64,000 nucleotides of DNA from an uncultured Nitrososphaerales archaeon (GTDB lineage Archaea; Thermoproteota; Nitrososphaeria; Nitrososphaerales; Nitrososphaeraceae). This document shows positions 23,700 through 33,634 of this stretch, piece after piece. Position 1 is the stretch's first letter, and each line of letters begins with the position of its first letter. The notes below the pieces were generated by a model. It saw nothing but the letters and a program-made list of their open reading frames with translations, had not been told where the DNA came from and made no database searches. The stretch is taken from assembly GCA_963713605.1 (NCBI GenBank), contig CAVQMO010000003.1, positions 61,892 through 125,891 on the forward strand, written 5' to 3'. A program made the translations under genes and the position numbers.

Positions 23700-24191
23700 T
23701 CAAATAGTACTGCTACTGCTGCTGTCCGATTTTTCATTGGTAATAGAAGTAGTATTAGTGTCTGTTAGTATTTCATTATTTTCAGTAGTCAAACCCATGT
23801 TCCTATTCCTGTCAACAAATTTCACTGCCCAATCTACTACAATAGCAGAAGACAAGAGGTCAAGCTTCATTTCATAGCATTCCTTTGCCAGTGACAAGGC
23901 TTGCATTCTTTCCCTCTTGTCTGAATCTGTTCCTGATGAAATGGCCCAGGCTTCTTGCAAGATGTCATTTAGTCCATCAAGGCAGTTCTCATATTCAGCT
24001 GGCAGATAATCTTCTAGGTATTTTGAAATGTTGTCTTTTGTTTTTAACCTTAGGTGTTGCAAGTCTTCATTGACCAGAGCTAAGGATACCTTCAATGTGT
24101 CTGCGAGTCTTCTCTGAGTAAAGCCTTTAACAGAAAGCTCTTTTACTTTATCGCGTCGCCATTGAATTCTCTGTTCACTTTTTGCGCTCAA
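23700..24191 (-). CDS. HTH protein, putative terminase small subunit (copy 2)
   Basis: QWRRDKVKELSVKGFTQRRLADTLKVSLALVNEDL; LPAEYENCLDGL; paralog of 12454..12919, upstream of TerL copy D. Confidence 0.7.
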   Translation of the reverse strand: MSAKSEQRIQWRRDKVKELSVKGFTQRRLADTLKVSLALVNEDLQHLRLKTKDNISKYLEDYLPAEYENCLDGLNDILQEAWAISSGTDSDKRERMQALSLAKECYEMKLDLLSSAIVVDWAVKFVDRNRNMGLTTENNEILTDTNTTSITNEKSDSSSSSTI

Positions 24192-24311
24192 ATGTTCACC
24201 TCCTATCTATTAATAATAATATTCACTTCGACTTAGCCGTTTTTCGGTTTGAATGTAAAAGCAGTCATAGCTGGTAAGAATTGCAACCTACAACAGTACC
24301 CTCCCTACTTT

Positions 24312-25286
24312 TTAGGGTAGGGCCGGCATGCATTCTGCTAGGGACGTGAAAGAATGAGCTATACTGTCAGGATTGAACATAATCACATACCATGAATCTT
24401 CGGTTCCGAATTTTTCCTCTACGTATACCTGCAACATGTACGGTCCAGCGTAAGACATGAAGTATGCCCCTCCTACGACCCGTTCTCCGTCAAGGCAATC
24501 CGCAATTGAGGACCCAATGGTGTGGGGAGTTACAGAGACAGTTGGACCATTTCTTTCAATGACGGATGGAATGATTGAGCCGCTAGCTATCTTTGCAGTT
24601 GTAACAGCACCATCAGCTATCTTTGGAGTTGTTATAGCATTATTTGCTATTGCATTCGTTCCAATTTGCTGTATCAAATATCCGGTAGATTGTGTTGGTC
24701 CGTCTATCACGGCATTAGCAGCATTTCTAGTCGATACAGTAACATGGTACGCATTATTTGGAGTTATTGGGTTTACAATATTTGCGAACTCTAACCTTAT
24801 CTTTGTCCCTACAGGTACGTTTACGGCATTGGTTATTGTATACGTTAAGGTTTGACCGGATTTACTTGTACGTACCTGTTAGTATGGTACAGTTACCGCC
24901 TGGCACGCATTTCTCCGCCTCATTAAAACTAGCACTAGATGGTTACTGGTACCAGGTGGAAAAGTTACTTCTATTTTTTTGATTGTCCCAGTTGTAGCTG
25001 TCAGAAAAACAACATCATAGAATGCTTTTCTGTTAACTATGTCATTTGTAGGTCTTGCACTGAGCGAGCCAATAGCTGCTTGAGTAGTAAAATCGCCATC
25101 TTTTCCCTCTTGGCTGATTGTCGAAGGTGCTGACGGGACTGTGCTGATGGTGGGCAAAGGTGAAGAAGAAACCGAATCTGTTCTCGCCATAGTTGTTGGG
25201 TTAGTAAAAACAACCGTGGATGATATCATCATAAGCGGAATAATCAATATTAAGCCAAGCCTGCTGAATGACTCTCGTGTTATCAT
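24312..25286 (-). CDS. Secreted modular adhesin-like protein, copy 2 (frameshifted)
   Basis: LSARPTNDIVN-FYDVVFLT-GTKIRLEF-IDGPTQS shared with copy 1; ITTPKIADGAVTTAKIA linker; unrelated tip ADCLDGERVVGGAY. Confidence 0.75.
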
Positions 25287-25299
25287 GTATGTAGCAAAG

Positions 25300-25525
25300 A
25301 TTTGACAAATCCATCTTATCTGCGGTTAGAGACTCTTGTTACCCATATTAGTCATAGATTTCGTCTTGAACATTCAATGTATCCATTGATATATACTATT
25401 TAGACTAATGCCAGAACTGCAATAACAACCTTAAAGCCTCAGATAAGACATCTCAATATTGCAGATCAACTATATTCATGACGTCCGCTAATCTGCTATA
25501 TCCTAAAGTTATCTAATATGTCAGT
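25300..25525. repeat. Second copy of the adhesin leader
   Basis: Matches 11020..11235 apart from a short insertion. Confidence 0.9.
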
Positions 25526-25539
25526 AGTCAGGCGATATT

Positions 25540-25600
25540 CACTGAATCTATGATGATGCATATCAGATATTGAAGAAGTGAAATATTTAAGGGATATTCG
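25540..25600 (-). promoter_or_regulatory. Promoter and first codons shared with 13552..13612
   Basis: gcatatcagatattgaagRagtgaaatatttaaggg at 13570 and 25558. Confidence 0.75.
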
Positions 25601-25606
25601 GACTCT

Positions 25607-25807
25607 TCAGTTTCTACTTCCTGTGCTATCATCGCAAGAGTCTTGTGATTGTTGATGATAGATTGTTCTTGAATGAAAGTCATGGGAGTCATGTTTAGAA
25701 AGTGATTTGACTTGTGGGTTTTGGTATTCCCTGGCTGCAAGACAAACACTTTTTTTAATTTGCGTTTTTCTTCCTTTGCTTAATTTTCCGCTCGATTGAT
25801 TGGACAA
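25607..25807 (-). CDS. Small basic hypothetical protein
   Basis: 66-aa ORF co-oriented with the element genes. Confidence 0.4.
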   Translation of the reverse strand: MSNQSSGKLSKGRKTQIKKSVCLAAREYQNPQVKSLSKHDSHDFHSRTIYHQQSQDSCDDSTGSRN

Positions 25808-25831
25808 TATACAAGTTCCTGAACTACATTC

Positions 25832-26635
25832 TCAGGCGACAGTTCCTACCATCTGAGGATGAAGGGTACAGTGATAGGGGAACGTACCATACTGAACAAA
25901 GTTAAGAGTGAACGTGGCACCAGGACTTAAGATATTCGAATCAAAGACTTGTCCTGATCGTGCTGTCCCTGTGACAGTATGAATCTGGGTATCATAGTTG
26001 ATCCATGTTATTCCCGTCAGTATATTCACATATATCGGATTTGGTTGAAAGGCCTGATTACCTCTAGTTGCTGCGTTTGGCACAATTGATACTGGAATGG
26101 TCGGAGGCATTAAAGTGAATGGTTGTTGTGGTATCGGTGGTGGTAGTGGTTGTTGTTGCAATGAAGGTGGTAGTGGTTGTTGTTGCAATGAAGGTGGTAG
26201 TGGTTGTTGTTGCAATGAAGGTGGTAGTGGTTGTTGTTGCAATGAAGGTGGTGATTGCAAAGGCGTTTGTGGTTGCTGCTGCAATGCAGTACTAGGTATC
26301 TCTACAGTAGTTCCATTTGCACTAGTACCATTAGTGCCATTGGTAGCCTGCATAGTCTGATTATCTGATGTACCGTTTGTTTGGTTGGAGACTGCACTAT
26401 CACTAGATGTCGCATTAACTTCCTGAGGCTCGTCCTGAGTTTGGTTTATTACGTTGAGAAGACTGCTATTACTGCTTATTTGCTCCTGAGACGGTTGTAG
26501 AGTAGAGTTACTTAGTTGCGCCAATGTGTATTTAATAATGGATAGTGGAATAGAGTCCGATTTGGTTGATTGAATGGTCGCTAAATAAACAAGAATACCC
26601 AGTATTACTACTATCGTCATAGTAGTTTGATTCAA
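25832..26635 (-). CDS. Cupredoxin (blue copper) domain protein with Pro/Gln-rich stalk
   Basis: IHTVT ... YHCTLHPQMVG type-1 copper ligands H, C, H, M; N-terminal TM/signal. Confidence 0.9.
   Translation of the reverse strand: MNQTTMTIVVILGILVYLATIQSTKSDSIPLSIIKYTLAQLSNSTLQPSQEQISSNSSLLNVINQTQDEPQEVNATSSDSAVSNQTNGTSDNQTMQATNGTNGTSANGTTVEIPSTALQQQPQTPLQSPPSLQQQPLPPSLQQQPLPPSLQQQPLPPSLQQQPLPPPIPQQPFTLMPPTIPVSIVPNAATRGNQAFQPNPIYVNILTGITWINYDTQIHTVTGTARSGQVFDSNILSPGATFTLNFVQYGTFPYHCTLHPQMVGTVA
26139..26252. repeat. 27-bp tandem repeat x4 (SLQQQPLPP)
   Basis: ggtggtagtggttgttgttgcaatgaa repeated exactly. Confidence 0.9.
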
Positions 26636-29385
26636 ACTAAAATGTCCTGTACAGAGAAATATATAAGGTTTCTAGGCTGGATTAGGTATCCTGGTGGGTG
26701 TATTCGCATTACTGGCCTGCAATAGTATTTGAAGAGTCTGCTAGTTCTTTGCTCAGCCTTGAATAACAATTCAGAAATTAGGCCTGCGGCCTTTGCAGTT
26801 TTTAGTTTAAAATCGTCATCGACTGTTACTATAACCTCTAGCCTTTCTTTAACCTCGTTATTCTTATCTTCTATTGTTTGTAGCTCTTTAGTACGTTCAA
26901 GCTCTTGCTCTATTACTTCCTTTGCGCCTTCCAGTAATTTATCAAGATGATCATTGATAGGTTTCAGTAATTTAACTTTTAATAGTTCGAGTTCTGTTAT
27001 TGCATCCCTTACTTCTTGAGGATAAAACTCATCATTGTCTGGAATTGTTACAACTTCGTTTAGGTTGAATCCATCAGGAGAGAATTCCGGCAATTGCATC
27101 TGATGTAAAAGATATTCCCAGAATCCTTCACCACCAACCTTTTCTACAATGCTATCTAATTCTATACGGTGATCCTTCAGGTATTCGTCTGTAATTTGTG
27201 TGCCTGGTGGGGGTAGGTATTCTTCCTCAACGTCTTCCTCTTCTATATCAAACCCATTTTCCTGTAACCACTTTACCGTGTCTCTAGTAATGCCTATCCT
27301 TGGAGTTGGTGTCCTTGTCTCGTTGGATATATCGATACCAATACCGTCATAGTCGGTTAATGTCCAAACAATTGAACCTATCTTCTTTATCTCTTCTATT
27401 AGATCTTTACCATATTCGGTAAGCCTTCCCTGTGTGTGGACCAATGCAATATGGTATTCTTGCGCAAAAGAGGCTAAGACGTCCGCTATTCCTTCTTTCT
27501 CGATTACAAGTATTGCAATCCCTTTATCTGCAAGTTGTTTAACATTGTCTATATCCACGGGATATGATTGACCATTGTAAAGCATAGTAGCCCTTGCAGA
27601 CGCAACAATTCCAAGTTGTTCTCTCGTTATGTTTTCGTCAGGCCATAATTCCTGACATGTCTTCATAATACTATTTTGTAGAGTTGATCTAGTGGTCCCC
27701 CAGTCCTTTGGAGGCTCAAATTTGTCCTCTATCATGATACGTCTAACGCGATAAAAAACACCTGATTGAGTAAGTCGATCGCCGGATCTTAATGATGGAT
27801 CTGCTTCGACTTTTTTGCGCCTATCTCGTAGGAAGTTTCTAAGATAGTCTATAGCTACTTTTCTTTCTTCATCTGGCTCACTCTTACTACTCTTACCGAC
27901 GCCATAGCCGTGAAATGTCGGTATTTTTCCCATAACTTTACTTATGGTTTCTGCAATGGTACTTGCAAATGGATCTATTACGAGTGTTGATTTACCTTGG
28001 TCTCGCCATTGTACCTTTGGAGTTAAAAGATTGGATACGATAACACATGGATGCGTTTTACTCGAGTCCCTTACACTATAGCCATACCAATAATCTAGAA
28101 TGCCAGTCATATTCCAGGCTTGGCAATCTTTGCCTTTCTTCCTAAAAGTGTAATACCCGTCGTAGAGACTCATACCTTTGTTGACTATGCTAACTGAATT
28201 ATTAATAGCACCGATGAATGTTGGACGGTTACTCCATATATCACTAAATGGTATAACCATGACCTCAAACACATATGGAAAATTTACTTTCCCATCTTCG
28301 GATATATGTCTAGAATGCGTAATTTTGTATTCTGCTTTATTTATTGGTTTGACTGGATATGTTGTTGCTATTCTCTTAAACAATGCGTCCTTCCTTAACT
28401 CGTCACTCTCCTTATCGCCCCCATATGGGTACTGAAAGGTTCTTCTTCGGTCTGCTGTGTTCCTTTAACTCTGTTAGTAGGCCCGTCTTTTCGATTGTAG
28501 ATAATTCATTTAGTTTCTTCTGTGTCCACTCCTTAGGTAACCATTTTAATTCTCTAAACCCTGTTAAAGCTGTAGAAACAAAGATAGACTGATCTGCGAG
28601 ATTCTCGATAAAGATTAGGAATTCATTGTCCGTATAGGCCCAGGCGGTGACCTCGTTCGTCCATGTATTTGATGCAATTGCATTGCTTGGAGTATTGATC
28701 TTCTCACCATTGAAATCAAAGAAAAATCTGATGTGCGTAGAAAATAGCGAATAATTCAAACAATATTCTTTTAATTCATCTACGAGGTCAGTACCTTAGC
28801 CCATCTTTTGGAACCGAGATACTAACTTCCGTATAGGGTGCCTGATTTTGGGGTCTTGGCTCGGTATCTATTACCGCTTCCAGTTTGCTAGCAATAAATT
28901 TGCTAGTATCGAGTGATATCTTGGATCGTTGTTTATTGTATGTAATTGTGAGTGGAGCGAGCTATCCCGTTGAAAACATGTCCCTTCTCATAAAGCATTG
29001 CATAAGGAATTGATAATTTGGGTTTAGTTGCATCCCCTATTGCACCACGACCTATCCTAAATTTATTTTTCTTTGTACTTGTAAAGTATTCATAATTAAC
29101 AATGTCACAGAGGTTTGTCTGAAGTGCAGTAGGATTATTATTTGGATTTGAATTTCTTACTGTAAAAATAAGGTCGGTGTCGTTTGTTTGAACAAATACA
29201 CTGACTGTTCGCATATCACTGGCATTCAAGTACGTATTCTCAAGATAATCCGTCGCGTTATCCAGATCTTCCTTGGCAATGTAAAAATGGAAATGTGATG
29301 AAAAGGTGCCTATGTGTTCAGTCAAACCCTTAAGAGTCATATACCTTGACCAGCTCTGGCTTGACCTTGAAACTAGATCTTTCAT
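26632..29385 (-). CDS. Type IIB topoisomerase-like B+A fusion (Topo VIII-like), split by frameshifts
   Basis: GHKL N-box KEDLDNATD, G2 RGAIGDATK, G3 YTEVSI; WHD QSGVFYRVR; Toprim VIEKEG and TDYDGIG; intervening sequence stays protein-like across three frameshifts. Confidence 0.75.
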
Positions 29386-29514
29386 GGTTAGACGGGCATA
29401 TGCATTTTTTGACGATTTCTAATGTCTTATCGACAAGTCGATCCTTACGAAATTCTTTCAGTATCGATGTCTTTATCTCCAAGTTTTACGATAAAGATAT
29501 CAGTAGTATGTACG

Positions 29515-29700
29515 CTAGGCATAAGGGATAACTTCTCCTCCTCCCTGGATGAAACTGTCGTAGACGAGACGTTCCTCGTTCAGGTAGCAGTGCTGATATT
29601 GATATAGATTAGTCCAGCTACTATGAAAGCAAGTTTGCAAAGGACGTGGATGTGGTTGATTGGTCTCTACGACATCCAACTCCCCTTTCGTCACAGTCAT
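29515..29700 (-). CDS. Small hypothetical protein
   Basis: Start overlaps the AbrB stop; His/Cys-containing. Confidence 0.4.
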   Translation of the reverse strand: MTVTKGELDVVETNQPHPRPLQTCFHSSWTNLYQYQHCYLNEERLVYDSFIQGGGEVIPYA

Positions 29701-29879
29701 TGCTCCTTCTCGATCCAAATTCTGCTACCTTCTTGCTTTACTCGGACATAGTCGCCCTTTCCTATCCCCAAGTCTAGGGCATATGACTTAGGAAGGATGA
29801 TCGACAGTGAGTTTTCGCCGACTATACCCTGGACTTTTCTTATTGAATATGGATTACTCATAACTATCGATAAATTCAT
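29697..29879 (-). CDS. AbrB/MazE/SpoVT-family DNA-binding protein
   Basis: RKVQ...SLSIILPKSYALDLGIGKGDYVRV. Confidence 0.85.
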   Translation of the reverse strand: MNLSIVMSNPYSIRKVQGIVGENSLSIILPKSYALDLGIGKGDYVRVKQEGSRIWIEKEQ

Positions 29880-29895
29880 ATTCTATGAAAGAACT

Positions 29896-31270
29896 ATGGG
29901 GTTGACACCGTTCGTGCCTCGCTTAAAAAGTTGTCTGGGATGCCCTAAATGTAATCAACAGGGAAGAACGATAGGAAAAAGGCCAGTGAAGAATCGTGTC
30001 CAGTTGCCTAACAAAGACACCATTATGAATCTCGAACCTATAGATCATAGGAAGGGAAATGGATGGCTTGTCAAGATGAAACTCTCTGCCGCTTTCGACT
30101 TCGGCAGCTAAGGTTTTTCTTGCACTTGAATCCCATGTCATAATGTATCCTGATCCTTCTATCGAAAGAGACAGTATTCTTGCTAATACTCTATATAAAG
30201 ATCTTCAAGCGGTTGATCCTCATACAGAAATACAGAGGGAACAATATGAGGCGAGATGGTTTGAGGATACTAAACATGAAAAAAGAATCTTGCAGAGAGT
30301 AAAAAATAACATTGCAAATGATATGAAGCTAATGAAGAGCGCTTCAAACAGGTGTGAGAAAAGATACGCCGAGGCCGGTTATCAATGGTCTTTTATGGAT
30401 TATCCTATAGAGCAGAGAATAAGGGCGCCTACTGCTGAGCACATGCATCTCTCGAGGTTTAGCATTAGCTTACGCTACGCTGCTATTCTTTTTACAGCAC
30501 TCTCTCATCTTGCAAGAGAACGTAGATTACCTCCGCTTCTTGGATATTCTGAGTCTCTCTACGCACTTGCGATCTATAGTGTGTTTAACAGATTTAGGTA
30601 TATTATAGATGCGAGAAGCCGCAGAACCATGAAGGAGTGGTCAAGGACAATAGATACTAGGATAAAACATGGTTACAATGCCGCGGCTTCGCTAGCGAGA
30701 AATATGACTGCCCCGCTATGCAGCCGGTGTCACAGCCAGGGATTCAACAGCATCCCGCAAATGAGAATACTACATAAAGATGATGGTTCGTCCAAATGGT
30801 GTTGCACTCGTTGTGGGGGAACAGAAACTCTGCGAGTTCGGTTCACAGCGGAGAACATCAGGAAAAGAGAATGCAAGGTGGCATCAGATTTGGAATTATA
30901 CATAGAAAATGCACCGTTTTACGAGGATTTCAAGCAGATATTTTTGGCGTGCTTAGAGAATAGCAGCAAACTGAGGGAAGATCTTGCAAGGGAATTTGAC
31001 AGACAAGAAATCGAATCCAATAAGCTTTCATTCCATACTCGCTACTCGTTCTTCATCCAGCATTATGATCCAGTCAAAAAGGGCAAGAGAAGATGTTCTA
31101 TCCCGAAGAATGGTATCGTAGAAATCACTGTTAACGATTCAACCTACAGAGAATGCATTAGGTCGTTGGCCGACTTCGCCGACCGAATTGACACCAGAAC
31201 GCGTAAGGTTAGAGGCTGTGTGTGCTGGTCGTTTGAAAGAGTTAAGGTTTCCAATGGAATATGCTTATGA
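29896..31270 (+). CDS. Zn-finger-containing hypothetical protein (frameshift near 30105)
   Basis: CPKC near the start, CSRC...CTRC centrally, QHYDP...RRC near the end. Confidence 0.6.
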
Positions 31271-31384
31271 TAAGGTTGAACATGATATGAAGATGCACCT
31301 TAGCAATCACTAGAAGAAAGCTAAGAAGCAACCAAAATGTATGGCATCAAATAGCTTATTGTTCCTGTTTAAGGGATATAATGA

Positions 31385-32566
31385 TTAACCTGATTTCTGC
31401 CTGAGTATTTGAACTTCTCCCAGTAACTGATTGATCTTGTCGCTGAGGTTTGCAATGGCGTCTGTATTGATTTCATCTCGTTGCCTCAAGAGGCTTATCT
31501 CTTGTGCCTGTTCAGTCTCTAACCTATCTACTTGATTCCGTAGTCTGTGAGACTGTTCGATTGTCAGCAATGGAATAACACGTACGTACTCTGATAGACG
31601 ATCCTCTTCGCTAGTCCTATCATAACTTGGGTCAGTACACGAAAGTCTATGACCGACGAGATACTCACGTGAATTGTAGTCAAGTTTTGCTTTGATTGCT
31701 TGGGCCACCCATGCTTTTCTTATTCCATGACTGCGTCTTACCTCAGTTGTCTTAACTCCTGAACGTTTGAGGACCTGCTCTACCAAGTGTAGTACCATCC
31801 TCTTAGACAGGGGCCGAGGTGAGTGAATACGAATCTTGTCGTTTACATTGAACTGTTCTCTGATTAGAGGACTTGTCCTTTTAGTAGTATCCTCACCAAA
31901 TCCCTTTCTATAATCCAGATATGCGTCTATCGCCTTAGCACATTCTGGAGTGCAGAATGTATAATAACGGTCATGTTTTGAATGGGCATAGACTTGAATC
32001 TTGTATAAATCATATTCTAGAATCTTTGTTAGATGACCTATCTGCAATGAATGGATAGCACCTATCCTCATTCCAGTAGAAACCATAAGCAGAATGATTA
32101 CTTTGGTTCGTTCATCAAAGCATTTATCTAAAATCTGTTGAATCTCTTCTGTGGTGTAGGGCCTATCTTCCTGTGTAGATTCGTCGGGTGGCAGGAACCT
32201 TTTGAACTTCTTTCGACTTGCTATTGAGATTGGAAAGTCGTTCAAGTCAAAGAAGTGCAGTATAGCAGCAATGTGAACCTCTATAGACATCCGTTTTAAT
32301 CCTTCTGAGTCACGTAAATGCTTCACATAATCAACTATGAACGAGTCGATAATCTTTGGGTTATATTCTAGCAACACCTGCAGGTCATGAATCTTGGTAT
32401 AATCTAGAAAATGTTTGAAGTTCCTACTGTAAGCAACTTTTGTGTCAGGAGACTGAAGTCCTTCTGTTACTGCATAGACTATCGAATAGTCTTCATCAAA
32501 GCTCATTATTTGAGCATGATTTTTGGGAGATCCAACTTCAGCCTCAGCGCTTTGTTCTTGCTTCAT
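31385..32566 (-). CDS. Tyrosine recombinase/integrase, apparently intact
   Basis: STGMRIGAI (R), SHGIRK (HxxR), LVGH, DPSYDR (Y); C-terminal coiled coil. Confidence 0.92.
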   Translation of the reverse strand: MKQEQSAEAEVGSPKNHAQIMSFDEDYSIVYAVTEGLQSPDTKVAYSRNFKHFLDYTKIHDLQVLLEYNPKIIDSFIVDYVKHLRDSEGLKRMSIEVHIAAILHFFDLNDFPISIASRKKFKRFLPPDESTQEDRPYTTEEIQQILDKCFDERTKVIILLMVSTGMRIGAIHSLQIGHLTKILEYDLYKIQVYAHSKHDRYYTFCTPECAKAIDAYLDYRKGFGEDTTKRTSPLIREQFNVNDKIRIHSPRPLSKRMVLHLVEQVLKRSGVKTTEVRRSHGIRKAWVAQAIKAKLDYNSREYLVGHRLSCTDPSYDRTSEEDRLSEYVRVIPLLTIEQSHRLRNQVDRLETEQAQEISLLRQRDEINTDAIANLSDKINQLLGEVQILRQKSG

Positions 32567-32858
32567 AAAAGGTAACTAGCTATCGTTTAACTATTATTTA
32601 TAGCCAATATAACACGCTTGTAAAATAATTTATAACCAACATCAATAAAATGTCGAAATATGTAAGATCATAGGATTAATAGAACAAACCATTATCGAAT
32701 CAATTGATTCTGAAGTTAATACTTCACTAACCCAGGCCGTAATCATTACAGAAGAATCGGTAGGTAATAATTCATTTGCACTTGCAAAATTCGGTGCAGG
32801 CCAAGGTTGAACCATTCTGCATTGACACTTGATTGGTTGACTAGCTAATGATCAATAT

Positions 32859-33319
32859 TCAAGCAGGTTCAAGCAGCTCTTGCTTTGCTATAAGAGCTAT
32901 GCTTATCCTTTGAATATCATTTTGAAATCTGGTCACTTGTATTTGTAACTGATTAATCTGTGATTTAATCGGGTTTATAGATTGTAATTGTGACTTCCCT
33001 GCTTCTGCACCTGTTGTCGACTTGGCCTGCTTCTGCTTTTGTAATGATTGAACTAGCATTGTTAATTTGTTGATCTGATTTCCCTGCTACTCTACCTCCT
33101 CTTCTGTTTCCGCTGGTTGGTTGTGGGTTCCTCTTGTGCCTGTTCCATCTCTTTGTTTTGCTCTTGAGGCTTTTCTTCTAGTGATTCTGCAACAGGTACT
33201 TCCGACAGAGATTTGGTTTTCTGTTACATCAAGTGAGGTTTGCCCTGCGACCCCTTCCTCCAACGGTTTATCCAGTTCTCCAGTCGTTTTAGGTCCTTCT
33301 TCTTTTTCCTCCCCGACAT
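32859..33319 (-). pseudogene. Acidic-N / basic coiled-coil-C protein, deleted paralog of 55564..56149
   Basis: MSGEEKEEGP... and QSLQKQKQAKS...QLQIQVTRFQNDIQRI match; internal deletion and frameshift. Confidence 0.65.
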
Positions 33320-33634
33320 CCGAAGCGTTATAGCGCTAATAAGTTTTTGTCATCGCAACGAGTATCATGGATTTAAAGGTATTATTTGATTTTACAAGGT
33401 GGAAATCACTACATTAAGGACAACGCTACAGAACATAAAGGAGTATGGGCGGTCGACTAAAACCCTGTTGGGCTATTCAGAGATATCGCTCGAAGTAGTC
33501 ACATATAAGCTAACATTTTCAGAATGCTTATTGGAACCTAATCCATCCATCACCATCTATATAGATACTAGCTTGATTTGAATTTGATTCTTTTATAAAG
33601 AATCCTATCACCTAGTTATTTGTCATCAATAGAA

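Larger units (their letters stand above)
22848..32566 (-). mobile_element. Integrative element 1: integrase, AbrB, TopoIIB fusion, cargo, TerS, TerL 5' end
   Basis: Co-oriented gene order; att sites not found, so boundaries are approximate. Confidence 0.65.

Noticed and set aside
26097-26360. Metallothionein-like poly-Cys ORF (GSGCCCNEG repeats)
   Set aside because: Antisense shadow of the cupredoxin's QQQPLPP repeat.
477-26635. Integron-like cassette array next to the left integrase
   Set aside because: No recurring attC-like site found between cargo genes by eye; the recurring units are ter fragments and leaders.
5188-32566. Complete provirus
   Set aside because: No portal, capsid, scaffold or tail genes recognisable, and no TerL copy is intact.
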